Below the pieces are notes generated by a model. That model had not been told where the DNA came from. It ran no database searches and worked only from the letters and a program-made list of their open reading frames with translations. Source: Octopus vulgaris (taxonomy: Eukaryota). From it: a DNA stretch of 64,000 bases. The DNA is taken from contig OX597830.1 of NCBI GenBank assembly GCA_951406725.2, positions 48,608,001 to 48,672,000 of the forward strand, read 5' to 3'. Positions 27,601-41,799 of this stretch are shown in pieces; position 1 is the first letter of the stretch; each line of letters starts with the position of its first letter. Position numbers and translations under genes: made by a program.

Positions 27601-28071
27601 TATTTCTTTACTACCCGCAAGGGGCTAAACACAGAGGAGACAAACAAGGACAGACAGGTGGATTAAGTCGCTTATATCGACCCCCAGTGCGTAACTCGTA
27701 CTTAATTTATCGACCCCGAAAGGATGAAAGGCAAAGTCGAACCTCGGCGGAATTTGAACTCAGAACGTAACAGCAGACGAAATACCGCTAAGTATTTCGC
27801 CCAGCGTGCTAACGTTTCTGAATTTCTTTATTAAAATACATATTTCTTTACTACCCACAAGGGGCTACACACAGAGAGGACAAACAAGGACAGACAGATG
27901 GATTAAGTCGCTTATATCGACCCCAGTGCGTAACTGGTACTTAATTCATCGACCCCCGAAAGGATGAAAGGCAAAGTCGGACCTCGGCGGAATTTGAACT
28001 CAGAACGTAACAGCAGACGAAATACCGCTAAGTATTTCGCCCAGCGTGCTAACGTTTCTGCCAGCTCGACG
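27601..28071 (-). mobile_element. Tandem dimer of SINE family A inside one 16-bp TSD
   Basis: Units start at 27601 and 27841; ctttcagcgtgtaacc at 27585-27600 and 28072-28087. Confidence 0.88.
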
Positions 28072-28641
28072 CTTTCAGCGTGTAACCATTTATCCATCTA
28101 AGTCACAAAGTTGATATCAGTAAGAGTAATACAATTGTCCTTTTCATACCAGTTACAGCGTTAAAATTATTTTATTCAACGGCGAGATATCGTGACATAA
28201 CATTGTCCAAGATTCGATATAAAATATTTAAGGTAATAACAACAGCATTATTGGCATGAATAGTTGATATTTAAAATCTCATAATCATAATTCAAAGAGA
28301 ACTTGAATAGAACATCTGCAGCAGAAAAGAATGAATAATTGGAAAATTATTCAAGTTTTGAGTTAGGAATGAAAAAAGAATGTAAAACATGGATTTATTT
28401 AAAGAATAGAATCTATTCTGGTTATGAATAGAAATTCATTTAAATTAAAAGTAGAAAACCATTAAAAACGTGTTTGTATATGAGAAATATAAGTCGCGTC
28501 GCATACATCCACGTGTGTGTGTGTGTGTGTGTGAGTGTGTGTATGTGTCTGTGTGTGTGTGTGTTTGCACATATATATATATATATATATATATATGTAC
28601 GTATATATATAATATACATATACACACACACACACACACAC

Positions 28642-28737
<96 letters not shown>

Positions 28738-28739
28738 GT

Positions 28740-29023
28740 GGAGGCGCAATGGCTCAGTGGTTAGAGCAGCGGACTCGCGGTCGTAGGATCGCGGTTTCGA
28801 TTCCCAGACCAAGCGTTGTGAGTGTTTATTGAGCGAAAACACCTACAGCTCCACGAGGCTCAGGCAGGGTGTGGTGGCGATCGCCACAACTTTCTCTTAC
28901 TCTTTCTTCCGTTGGCCTGCTCGCTTAGCCAACGATGTGGCGTCATTTGAAGGCTAAAACAATGCGAAGCGCATTGTAACCAGCGATGTGCATCAACATA
29001 TGATAGCCTGGTCGGTCACGATG
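28740..29023 (+). mobile_element. tRNA(Arg)-like SINE (family D)
   Basis: A box tggctcagtgg, TCG anticodon-like arm, B box ggtttcgattccc; body shared with 42090-42421. Confidence 0.8.
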
Positions 29024-29448
29024 ATATACTTACACATAGAGACACAATGCACACCCAAAAATGCACACACGCACACACGTTGAAAACACCAATTTTCATC
29101 TGATCAGTGTGTATATATGCGTGTATGTATGTATAATTTAGCCGACACTTGTTAGTGAATATGACTGCTAGATTGGGTAGGACTACGTGTGGTTGTGAAA
29201 ATCTTAATGTATAATACAGCACTTTTTCAAGGGCATTTACTGTTATAAGTCTAGAAGCCATACCTGTATTCGGGCAATAGAGGCAATTACACTGAGGTGA
29301 AGAAATCATGCGAGAATGTTGTGTATGTGCAGGAATTAATTTCGTCTTGTTAATCTTAGGTAATGGTGAGGCAATATTATCTGTACAACTAATTTTAGGG
29401 TTATTTCTTGCATAGCAAAAAACCCGATCTGAGATCGTGTGCTGGAAC

Positions 29449-29745
29449 GAAAACAATTGCAGCGTGGAAGGTGTTTACAAGCCATTTAAGAAACATACAA
29501 AGACCTTTAGATTCACCTCAACATTTAAATTTAATTTGTCAAAATATTTTCATCGCTTTGAGACCGCGACCTGTTCACTGACAAAACTTCGTGCTGCATC
29601 TCTGAAGTTTTGTCAGTGAACAGGTCGCGGTCTCAAAGCGACGAAAATATTTTGACAAATTAAATTTAAATGTTGAGGTGAATCTAAAGGTTTTTGTGTG
29701 TTTCTTAAATGGCTTTTAAACACCTTCCACGCTGCAATTGTTTTC
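29449..29745. repeat. 297-bp palindrome (142-bp arms, 13-nt spacer), Penelope-like inverted pLTR
   Basis: 29449-29590 is the reverse complement of 29604-29745 with few mismatches. Confidence 0.95.
29608..29660 (+). ncRNA. Variant type-I hammerhead ribozyme (G3:C8 core); mirror copy on the - strand at 29534-29586
   Basis: TTTGTCA-GTGAACA-G-GTCGC-ggtctcaaa-GCGAC-GAA-AATATT-T|TGACAAA: 7-bp stem I, 5-bp stem II, palindromic 6-nt stem III. Confidence 0.6.
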
Positions 29746-30162
29746 TATTTAAAAAGTTTTCTAAAATTTTGTTTCTACGTATGTGCTTAGAGGCTAAATT
29801 TACAAAGAGTTGGGCAATGTTAGAATTGCCACTCAATCAGCTGATGTACTTGCGAGTACAAATGCACGTTCCCACGGCTTTATCGATCGCATTCTCACCT
29901 GGAATCGATTTTTGTAATTTTTTCAAGACTTATACACGACCTGATACCGTCGGTATCTACAAATTTGAGCGCAATCGGATGGAGGATGTCCGAGATCCTA
30001 GAAGACACACACACAAACAGACAGAACGGATTTTATATAATATATATAAATATATATTTAACAACAGTAAGCCTAGAAGGTTAATAATTATTAGAACTCT
30101 ACTAACAAGTCTTGCGTGATCCTTCGATTTAATGTTCAATTATTTTCAAATGTAACAAGCAA

Positions 30163-30211
<49 letters not shown>

Positions 30212-30685
30212 CTGTGTTCAACTTCCACTATAGTCAACTTTGCCATTGATACGTTCGAGGTCGATGAAATAAGTACCAGTTGAGTACTAGGGAGGGGTCA
30301 ATGTAATCGACTTACCCCTCCTCCAAACTTACTGGCCTTGTGTCAAAATTCGAAACGAAGGAAAGATATTCTGGCATAAAACTTACACTCAAACTAGTAC
30401 CAGTCATCTTGTAATACTTGTCACTGGAACCTACTAATGACGACCGAGAAAGTAGCAAAAATGTTGTACAAACGCTTGTTGCATAAATCCAATGACGTAC
30501 ATATGTCACCCTAGCATCTGACACGGTGACTTAATAATCATGCATATATGCAATCATGCATACATCAATACATACATACATGTATATATATAAATATATA
30601 TATATATAGGGAGAGTTTACGAAAAAACAAAAGACGAAGACAGGTGGTGTACAAAACAAACAGATACATTAGTATAACGCTCAGG

Positions 30686-30747
<62 letters not shown>

Positions 30748-30930
30748 CATATATATGGCGGTTGTCTACTCCTTATGCAGAATCTGACCGCCTCCTGTAC
30801 CTGCACATTAGATCCATCATGGCGTCTGATGTGGCTTTCTTAACCAGACAACGTATTGAAAAGATACCCACACAGATTGCATATCCGATTTAGACCACCA
30901 AGAGCTGCAATTAAGTTAATATTTGTAGAC

Positions 30931-30999
<69 letters not shown>

Positions 31000-31169
31000 T
31001 TATAAAATGAGATAGGGGTTGAGAATTCAACCCACCATGGGATAATATATATCCAATATACTGCCAGATAGGTACCCAACAAGACTAATACATAGATGTT
31101 AAAAATTGTCAAACAATCAGTTCATCTATTGTATTATATGGGTAAAGGTAATAATATTACCGTAAATTA

Positions 31170-32038
31170 ATACTACAAAATTAGAGAATGGAGAAACATG
31201 CTTAAATCAATAAAACATCAACTATCCGATGATAACCAATCAATACTTTAATACACCATTACATATGCGTAAAGGCATTCAAAATATACAGTAATAGTAA
31301 AAGTAAAAAGACAAAGAGATATAAGTAAAAAATTTCAAATATAATATGTAATTAAATCAAAACTGACAGCTGTTTCGGCAGTGAGGGCAGTCATACCTCA
31401 TTTAACCTATAAGCCATAAAGGCAGGTATAAATGAGGCATTAACAAGGATGCCCCACGGCCTCTTCAGAGAATTAAATTAAATTTGTTATAATTGTGAAA
31501 AATATTATATAACCATATACATATAAATATAAAAATATAAAAATGTAAAATATAAAAACTTATACATCATAATGCTACACTTATATAATATAATACTTAT
31601 TGTACCAATGAGTATTATATTATATAAGTGTAGCATTATGATGTATAAGTTTTTATATTTTACATTTTTATATTTTTATATTTATATGTATATGGTTATA
31701 TAATATTTTTCACAATTATAACAAATTTAATTTAATTCTCTGAAGAGGCCGTGGGGCATCCTTGTTAATGCCTCATTTATACCTGCCTTTATGGCTTATA
31801 GGTTAAATGAGGTATGACTGCCCTCACTGCCGAAACAGCTGTCAGTTTTGATTTAATTACATATTATATTTGAAATTTTTTACTTATATCTCTTTGTCTT
31901 TTTACTTTTACTATTACTGTATATTTTGAATGCCTTTACACATATGTAATGGTGTATTAAAGTATTGATTGGGTATCATCGGATAGTTGATGTTTTATTG
32001 ATTTAAGCATGTTTCTCCATTCTCTAATTTTGTAGTAT
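31170..32038. repeat. 869-bp near-perfect palindrome (433-bp arms, 3-nt loop) within a (TA)n-flanked Penelope-like insertion starting at ~30997
   Basis: Centre at 31604 (ttattg-tac-caatga); about 3 mismatches seen between the arms. Confidence 0.95.
31732..31852 (+). ncRNA. Type-I hammerhead ribozyme with extended stem II; mirror copy on the - strand at 31356-31476
   Basis: CTGAAGA(31740-46)-GGC..85-nt stem II domain..GCC-GAAA(31832-35)-CAGCTG-TC|AG. Cleavage triplet GUC; stem I is weak. Confidence 0.7.
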
Positions 32039-32057
32039 ATATATATATATATATATA

Positions 32058-32912
32058 TTGAAGAAATTGGAGTCAGCAAGAAGGAGTACGGTTGGACAGT
32101 TATTTTTTAATCACTACAATTGTTTTCACCGAGCGTCGTCTCCAAAATTACAGGTATTTGGTTATGCAACTGTTTGTTTGCATAACGAGATCCAGTTGTG
32201 CTTCCTCAGGTGATATTCAAGTGTTGTCTCCGTTAATTTGAAATATTCGACTTCTAGGCCATCCTGTCCGTCTGTCTTGGTTTGAATTCTGTAGGAGTTA
32301 ATAGATTCATGTTGTTTGCTGACAGAGTGTGTTTATTGGACTGCTATGAGTGGTAGTGAATGGGTGGGGGGAACATTAGCACACACGCCCAACACACCAC
32401 AACTTATGAAAGAATAAGATCCCCATGAACTGATAATAATATGAATATAATACAATATACAGATAAATGAATGGAATCAAATAACTATATTCATTAACAA
32501 AATAAATTAAATTAAATTAAATACAAAATATAGGAAGAAAAGAAAAGGTAAGTAGATATAAACAAATGAATGAAATAAATAAAAGTAAATTAAACGAACG
32601 AGTATAAACAGGGGATACTGATAATGCAGGCACAATCCCCCCCCACACACACACACACACCTACTAAGCATAGACACACACTGGGATATGTACGCATGCG
32701 CAAATAAAGATACATACAATAGGAATACAAAATGGCAGAATACAAAAAGAAAGAAGAAAGCAAAGGACCACTGATGAGGTCACAGAAGTGTTACGAAAGA
32801 ACTCTGGACGAAATACAATTAATATAAAATAAAGCTGTAGCAAGTGAACACCAAATATATAGTGCGTGTGTTTTTATTGGCTAAACTGGCAATAAACCCC
32901 AAATACAACAAT
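32058..32912. mobile_element. Penelope-like relic with two divergent degenerate hammerhead motifs
   Basis: Minus 32110-32214: ATCAC-CTGAGGA...GAAAA-CAATTG-TA|GTGAT. Plus 32771-32813: CTGATGA-G-GTC...GAC-GAAA. (TA)n on both sides. Confidence 0.55.
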
Positions 32913-33290
32913 ATTATATATATATATATCCATTCATAGTTTTACTTGTTTCAGTCATTTGACTGCAGCCATGCTGGAGCACCGCCTTGAATGGCTTTAG
33001 TCGAACAAATCGACCCCAGGACTCACTTTTTAAGCTTAGTTCTTATTCCATCGGTCTCTTTTTGCGGAAACCGCTAATTTGCGGCGACATAAACACACCA
33101 ACACCGGTTGTCATGTGGTGATGGGGGAACAAAGACGCACGCACAAATATACATATACATACATACATATATACATACATGTGCATGAGTGTGTGGGGTG
33201 TGTATGTGTGTATGTGTGTTCTTTCAGTTTCCATCTACCAAAACCATGTGGTAGGAAGGCAAGCTTCTTGCCACACAACCATGCCTGTGC

Positions 33291-33331
<41 letters not shown>

Positions 33332-33389
33332 TGTATGTGTATATGTATGTAGATGCATACATACACAGACAGATAGAGCAAACTGACAG

Positions 33390-33469
<80 letters not shown>

Positions 33470-34618
33470 CAAAACAAAAGATAAATGTCTCTATATTCTG
33501 ACTGATTCTTCTTAATTGTCGGCCTTCAAAATGATTTAAAGTTGTAGACCTAATTCCCTAGCTGGCATTGTTTCCAACAAGAGCCCCTCCCGGCCTATCT
33601 AAAACTACAGCTGACTTGCAGCAAAGAAAATGACAGCATGAATATGGCGACTGAATGTCTTACAGAAATATGTATGTGTTATTGATGTCACCTCCGTCGT
33701 TTTCACTGATCCATCCATCCATCCATCCATTTACACGGCGCTATATCTATGACTATAGGAGCAACACACCTCTATTAATGACATGTCTAACAAGAGCTTG
33801 CCAAACTAACGACATTGATTAAACTATTTTATTTCTGAGTAATTACTCCATAGCAGCCGGCTTCATAAAACATCGTCGTCGTCGCCATCAGGTTTACCTC
33901 AGCACTCTAAATGCACCGTCAGCTCCATCACCCGTTGAAGTTTGCCATATGTATTCTGATGTTGGCCAAATGGATAAGAAAACAGAGTTAAAAATCGTTC
34001 TTCATTACGCATAAATACAATTTCATTTATTCTTTGATTGATTTTAGCCAATGAAATCTCCACTGTTTACATAATATCAATTCTCTCTCCAAATTAACTT
34101 GTCTGAACAATGGCCGCTGTTTGAATATTTATTGTATAAGCATTTTAATAGAGTTTAACAGAAATTCTATCTCTATACACACATATGCATGTATGTATAA
34201 TATATCTATCTGCTAATGTATATGTTTGTATTTAGTATCCTAACGTTAGATGAGTGCATGTATGTGTGTTTGTATGTGTGCGTATATGTATGCATATGTG
34301 AACGTGTGTGCGTGTGTGTGTGTGTGTGTGTGCGTGTGTGTGTCCACAGCTGTATGAGGGGCATACAACGTGGGTGAATATAAATACATATCTTTGTATA
34401 TGTTTGTGCACATATGCACATATGTATGTATGTGGGTAGGTAGGTATGTACATATGTACGTACCTACGCACATAAGTATCTATGTAAGTGAATGTGTATG
34501 TCTGTGTGTGTGTGTCCAAGAGCATGTGATGGCGTGTTTGTTGAAATGAAAATCTCAAATACGAATATATACACGTATATGCGTAAATATAATCATTATA
34601 TGGATATGTGTATGCGTG

Positions 34619-34699
<81 letters not shown>

Positions 34700-36244
34700 A
34701 GAGAAAGAGAGAGAGAGTAAATGGGCATATGTACATGTATATGCGTGTGTATAAATACACACGCGCTTGTGTTTGTGTCTGTGTGTGCACGTATGTGCAT
34801 GCATGTGCATGTTAGTGTGTGCGTATGTGTGTGCTAATGCATATATGTGCGTATGTATGACTGCTTTTAATGAAGCATTTATCTATGTCTCTGTGAAGGA
34901 GAGATCGCAACAGCTGTAAGGACATTCTCTCCACTTCCACCCCCACCCCTTAATATTTAGTACATTTACTATAACATAGCCGCCATTCATTACCGTTTTG
35001 ACTGATGAAAAATGTCTCACATTTAAAGACACTCGACAAAGTAATAACCAATGTTACCAGAAGACGGCAGCTTCATTTGTGAGAGAAATCGAAGAAGTTA
35101 GCCCTTTGTTTCCATTCAATATGTTCCAAATTAATAAATACTATGTATAAATATTAATTTACATAAGCATCTTTCATGCTATTACCGTTTTGTAGTCTTA
35201 CTGTTTCTTTGTAGTCAGCTGAGAAGGTTTATGCTGCTAGTTTTCAGATTAAGTTAATGCGGCGAGGCGAGCTGGCAGAATCGTTAGCACTCAGAGCAAA
35301 ACGCTTGACAGCATTTCGTTCGTATTTCTGTTCTGAGTTCAAATTCCGTCAAGGTCGACTTTGCCTTTCATGTTTTTCGAGGACGATAAAATAAATACCA
35401 GTTGAGCACTGAGGTCGATGTAATCGACTTAACCCCCCCACTCTCCCCACTTATAATTGCTGACATTGTGCCAAAATGTGAAACAAATTTTCAAATTAAG
35501 ATGGGTACAAAGTAGTTACTATGTAAAATAGAGAGAGACAAGAAAAACCTTATCTGAACAGACTATTAGTTTATTTCTATTCTAGGTTAACCTTATAGTT
35601 TGATCATTTCTTCAGCAAACTTCTCAAGGAATATCTATCTTATCCAGCAACAGCGGAGAGGAATCCAAACGCTGAGCGCCGGATTAGGTGATCTGCAGCG
35701 TTTCACTCCATTCCTCTTGCTTACTAATCCATCACTACCACAATAAAAGATAAAGGACTTGGATCCCTCAATAGTGGCACTAACAAAAAGTTTCTACTTT
35801 GACTGTCATTTTCCATCGTCACATGCGAGGGGAAAATATATTAATGGAGAAACCACGTGACGTTCAGGAAGTGCTCAGAACGTGACGTCCATGAGATGCG
35901 GTTCAGCAGAAAAAAAGTCGATAGAATAAGTACCGGACTTACAAAATAATTACTGGCTTCCATTTATTCGACTAAAAATTTCTTCAAGTCGGTGCCCCAA
36001 CAAGGTTTTAAAAACACAGGTACTTGGGCCGATTCGTTCGACTAAATCCTTCAAGACGGTGGTACTTCAGCATGACTGGAGACCAATGACAAAAACAAAT
36101 AAAAATAAAAAAAAGACTCTGTGATGGAAAATGGTTCTTAATTTGTGGAGAACAGATGATATCGTTAGAACTGCTGCCTCTCATGAACAAAACGGTCGAA
36201 CAGCAATTCTATAAAGGCAAACAGCCAGTGCCATTTTAACGTCT

Positions 36245-36468
36245 TGTTTCTTTACTATCCACAAGGGGCTAAACACAGAGAAGACAGAAAAACGGATTAA
36301 ATCGATTATATCGACCCCAGTGCGTAACTGGTACTTATTTAATCAACCCCGAAAGGATGAACGGCAAAGTCGACCTCGGCGGAATTTGAACTCAGAACGC
36401 AGCGGCAGACGAAATACCTCTAATCATTTCGCCCGGCGTGCTAACGTTTCTGCCAACCCACCGCCTTA
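36245..36468 (-). mobile_element. SINE family A, full length with 18-bp TSD
   Basis: agtgccattttaacgtct at 36227-36244 and 36469-36486. Further family A copies near 12808, 19920, 22845, 30200, 35265, 46762, 47015, 55920-56250, 57412 and 59231. Confidence 0.92.
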
Positions 36469-36799
36469 AGTGCCATTTTAACGTCTGGCAGGGTTGAGCG
36501 CTTGGATTGGTGAATATAGGTGGTTAAGGATTAGAATTAGAAAAGTTCGATACCAGTATGATAATGCATTTAGTTTTGCAGCTATTATTAGCAGGAACTG
36601 CAACTGTTTAATACAGTCCTGCTGACTACTCTTACTTCTGCCAAAACTATTATTTCTTTGGTGATAGAGTAAGAAACTAATGATGGTCGACATCAACAGA
36701 TAGTAAATACAATTTGTTTATGTGTGTGCATATGGCATGGAGGTATATGAGAGAATGTATGTCTCTATGTATGACTATATGTATACGTGGGTTTGTTTA

Positions 36800-36840
<41 letters not shown>

Positions 36841-37538
36841 GCTTTAACGTAATCCACTTGCCATCCAATTATATAGTCTTACCCTTTACTCCCTGGTGGA
36901 TTAGCTGAAGGGTATCTGAGAAAAAGAAGACAGATGGAATGGTTAGATATAATAAATCTACTGCATCAAAATGACATAACATTAAGAAGGAACAAACTAC
37001 AGACACTCCTCCATTCTTTAGTTTTAGTAATTCTTCAAGTTAACCAGCACCAAGTAACCAGGAATTGTTCTCAGAGTAAACGGAATCTTTTTTTTTTTTT
37101 TCGTATTTCTGACCATAATGAACCCAAATGTGTCTGATACTTTTTCAATGTTCTTATTCTTCGTATTCTTCTTCTTATTATTTTTCCTCTGTTATTATTA
37201 CTGTTTCTTTTATACTTCTCTATTAATTTATGGATTGGTCGAAACGTCTTTTTGTTCTTTGATTGGGTCTCGGAGTGCGTGGAATGGAAGTTATGTCAGA
37301 GGTAAAGAATTCTTTTCCATTTACTAAAAACAAAGAATTAGAAAAGACTGATTATCTTTGGTTGTTGATAGCAGCCAGAAGAAGAAGAAGAAGAAGAGAA
37401 GAACTGGTGGGAGGGGGTGAGATGGGTGGGGGTGGGGGGAATCTTGAAGAAATCTGATGGAAATGAGCAATAAGTACATTACGAGGGCAGCTGGTAGGGT
37501 GTGGGGTGTGTTAGGCACTGCGAAATATCAAGGAGTGG

Positions 37539-37580
<42 letters not shown>

Positions 37581-37720
37581 GTAGTGAGAACTAGAAAAGG
37601 ATTGAAAGATTGATATTAAACAGTGGTTTAGAAAGTGAATGACACTAAGTGAAGAAAATACTTATATAGATATAGATTGATAGATAGATAGATAGACTGA
37701 CAGATATGTATACACACATA

Positions 37721-37792
<72 letters not shown>

Positions 37793-37860
37793 TAACCGTA
37801 CAAGTAATATATGTTGAAAAGATGAGTGATTCCGAAGATTCACCAAGTCCGACTTGTCAA

Positions 37861-37918
<58 letters not shown>

Positions 37919-38458
37919 ATCTATATATATATATAGATACATACATACATACATACATACATACATACATACATACATACATACATACATACATACATAC
38001 ATACATACATACATACATACATACATACATACATGCATGCATGCATGCATACATACATACATGCATACATGCATACATACATACATACATACATACATAC
38101 ATGCATACATACATACATACATGCATGCATACATACATACATACATACATACATACATACATACATACATACATACATACATACATACAACGCAGATACA
38201 AACACACACATACACACATATCTTATCCTTTAACAAGAATAGTACTGAGAGTGACTTCGAAGTTTCGACCAGGTAAGCCATCATCAGACTGCGAGTAAAT
38301 CTTGCATGTAAAATTGTTTATGTTTATGTATATATATATATACACACATATATATATATGTATATACACGCATATATACATATACATGCATACACTTGCA
38401 CACGCAGACACACACGTACACATGTACATACATTTTCTAACTTATCTGTCTGTCTGTA

Positions 38459-38513
<55 letters not shown>

Positions 38514-38568
38514 GATTCACACAGGCGCGCACGCACATACTGACTTACGCACACAAGCACAGCCACAC

Positions 38569-38664
<96 letters not shown>

Positions 38665-38666
38665 GC

Positions 38667-38925
<259 letters not shown>

Positions 38926-38942
38926 CAGATATATATATATAT

Positions 38943-39004
<62 letters not shown>

Positions 39005-40222
39005 GAAGATAATAGCAATAAGGGGATGAAAATGCAAATTAGTGTCGCTGGGATGAGACGGTAAGGGGGGGTGGAGACGTTAAAATTAGTTGTAAAAGCC
39101 CAAACAATGCTTAACAAGAGAAAAATAATGGAAAGGAAACCCTATTTTACTCTATTGTCCACTAATAATACAGCTTATGATCTTTTTACGCCCAATTTCT
39201 GTAACGAGATCTACGGGGGAAGGAGGGGGGGGGGGGCAATCTAGGTATGTTTGCATCTGCTCTGCTTCACAGGCCATCGACGAGGAGGTGAGTGGTGGGG
39301 GAAAGAGAGCTGTGGAGAGGAGAAGGATGAGGATGTAAGGAGTGAGGGAAGATTGTAGTGACTGGGGAGGAAGAATAAATGATAATGGGGGGGGGATATC
39401 AAGACGCAGAGAGAGAGAGAGAGAGGGGGGAAAGAGAGGGAAAGTGAGTGCATGAAATAAAGGGAGAGTGGGAGTGAAAGGCAGGCGGGGGTTTGTTATT
39501 TGCGATGAGTGAAGAGAATTGGTGATTTTATAGAGGGAGAGTGCGCTTTTGGGTGAGTGAGTAGGAATGGGTAATTAGGGTGGGGGTGTAATGGAGAAAC
39601 GGGGGTGGGGGTGAGAGGGAAAGGTGGAATAGAAGGAAGAAGAAGGAGAAGAAGAAAATGAAGATGATGAAGAAGATGAAGAATAAAATGAAGAAAATGA
39701 AGAAGAAGATGAAGAAGAAGTTAAAGAAGATGATGAAGAAGGAGAAGAAGAAAATGAAGATGAACAACAACAACAACGACAACGACGACGACGACGACGA
39801 GAGATAGTAGATGACAGCAATGAAGCTGACGAATAATTAAAATAATGATGAGGAGGATGGGGATGCTGATGAAGATGAGACCGTCGACGGAGAAATTCAA
39901 GATATAAAAACAAAATTGGATTTTAGGAGTAAAACCTGAAAAAAGAAAATAAAAAAAATATGATGAATTGCTGAAGGAGAGAGTAAAGAGTGTTGATGTG
40001 ATGGGAGGGAGGGGGAGGTGGTGAGTAATGGAAGTTGTATTACTGTAGCCAGCAGCAGCAGCAATTTCTTTTTCCATTAGAGAGAGTGAAGGGGGTGAGA
40101 GAGAAAGAGAGAGAGAGAGAGAGAGCGATGAAGGAAGAAGAGCATATGAGAGGGGAAAGAAATGAAAGATGAAAGAATAGTAAGAATGTTCTTACATAAT
40201 AATAATAATAATAATAATAATA

Positions 40223-40276
<54 letters not shown>

Positions 40277-41192
40277 TTCACAATTATTATAAAAATTTCT
40301 TACAAGAGAATAACAATGAGGGAAGAAGAAGAAGAAGAAGAAGAAGAAGAAGAAGAAGAAGAATGAGGAGGAGGAGGAGGAGGAGGAGGAGAAGGAAGAG
40401 GAGAAAAAGAAGAAGAAGAAGAAGAAGAAGAAGAAGAAGAAGAAGAAGAAGAAGAAGAAGAAGAAGAAGAAGAAGAAGAAGAAGAATTCGTCGTTTCTCC
40501 TTGATGTTTCCATTATCAGTGAGAAAATTGTTATCCTCTTAAGCCGTCTTATTAAAGCAATGGCGGTTTTGAAGAGGTCGAAGAACAGAGACGAAAACTG
40601 CGTCTTTTGTATCAACTCAGCAATTGGCATGAGTGAAGCGAATGAAGCGAATGACATATGACTAATTCAATAAGTCATTGAACTATTGGTAAAGTCAAGA
40701 GGAGGATGTGTGTGTGTGGGAAGGGAGAGGAGGAGGAGGCGGCGAAGCAATAAACAGACGGCGAAGGATGTCGTTCTGACTGGAATGGCACCAACCTGTT
40801 TATGCCGAAAATTTACATGACCTTCAGCGTGTCAGTGGCTGTGTGTGTGTGTACGTGTGTGTGTGTGTGTGTGCATGTGTGTGTGTACGTGCGTACGTGC
40901 ACGCGCGCGCTCAAATTTTTGAATATGTGTATGTTACTGTAATACTCATGTATATGCATATATCCGTATATGTATGCGTGTGTATGTATGTATGTATGTA
41001 TCTATGTATTATGAAAATGTGTATATGTGTTTGTATATGTATATATGTGTGTATGCGTGTATTTCTATGTATGCGTGTGCATGAGTGGAAACAAGAATCA
41101 CTTGATGATGAGAAACGGAATTTTTATTGGGAACTCCTTACTCCGGGCTTCTCGGTTTTGATCTTTGAACAAAAAAATGTATATACATATAT

Positions 41193-41575
41193 AGGCGCAG
41201 GAGTGGCTGTGTGGTAAGTAGCTTGCTAACCAACCACATGGTTCCGGGTTCAGTCCCACTGCGTGGCATCTTGGGCAAGTGTCTTCTGCTATAGCCCCGG
41301 GCCGACCAATGCCTTGTGAGTGGATTTGGTAGACGGAAACTGAAAGAAGCCTGTCGTATATATGTATATATATATATGTGTGTGTGTGTCTGTATTTGTC
41401 CCCCTAGCATTGCTTGACAACCGATGCTGGTATGCTTACGTCCCAGTCACTTAGCGGTTCGGCAAAAGAGACCGATAGAATAAGTACCGGGGTCGATTTG
41501 CTCGACTAAAGGCGGTGCTCCAGCATGGCCGCAGTCAAATGACTGAAACAAGTAAAAGAGTAAAAGAGTAAAGAG
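41193..41575 (+). mobile_element. SINE family B, full length
   Basis: Same head, body and (agtaaaag)n tail as the 9860 copy; head and body shared with 23110. Confidence 0.9.
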
Positions 41576-41799
41576 TATATACTTATGTAGGTAGATAGGT
41601 ACGCGCGCGTGCGCACGTGTGTGTGTGTGTGTGTGTGTATTGATTATAATTAATAGTTAATTTCAACCGGTCCCACGAAACAATATCTGGCCAGTTCTGT
41701 TTTAACTTGATAGCTGTTCAAAGTTTTAAATTCCACCAATATTCTTATAAGATATTGGTTTCAAGAGAGTTGACTTTGTTGTTATTTTCTTATTTCCTT

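Noticed and set aside
28740-28810. tRNA-Arg gene (and the tRNA-like sequence at 26567)
   Set aside because: No complete cloverleaf is evident, and each continues into a SINE-like body.
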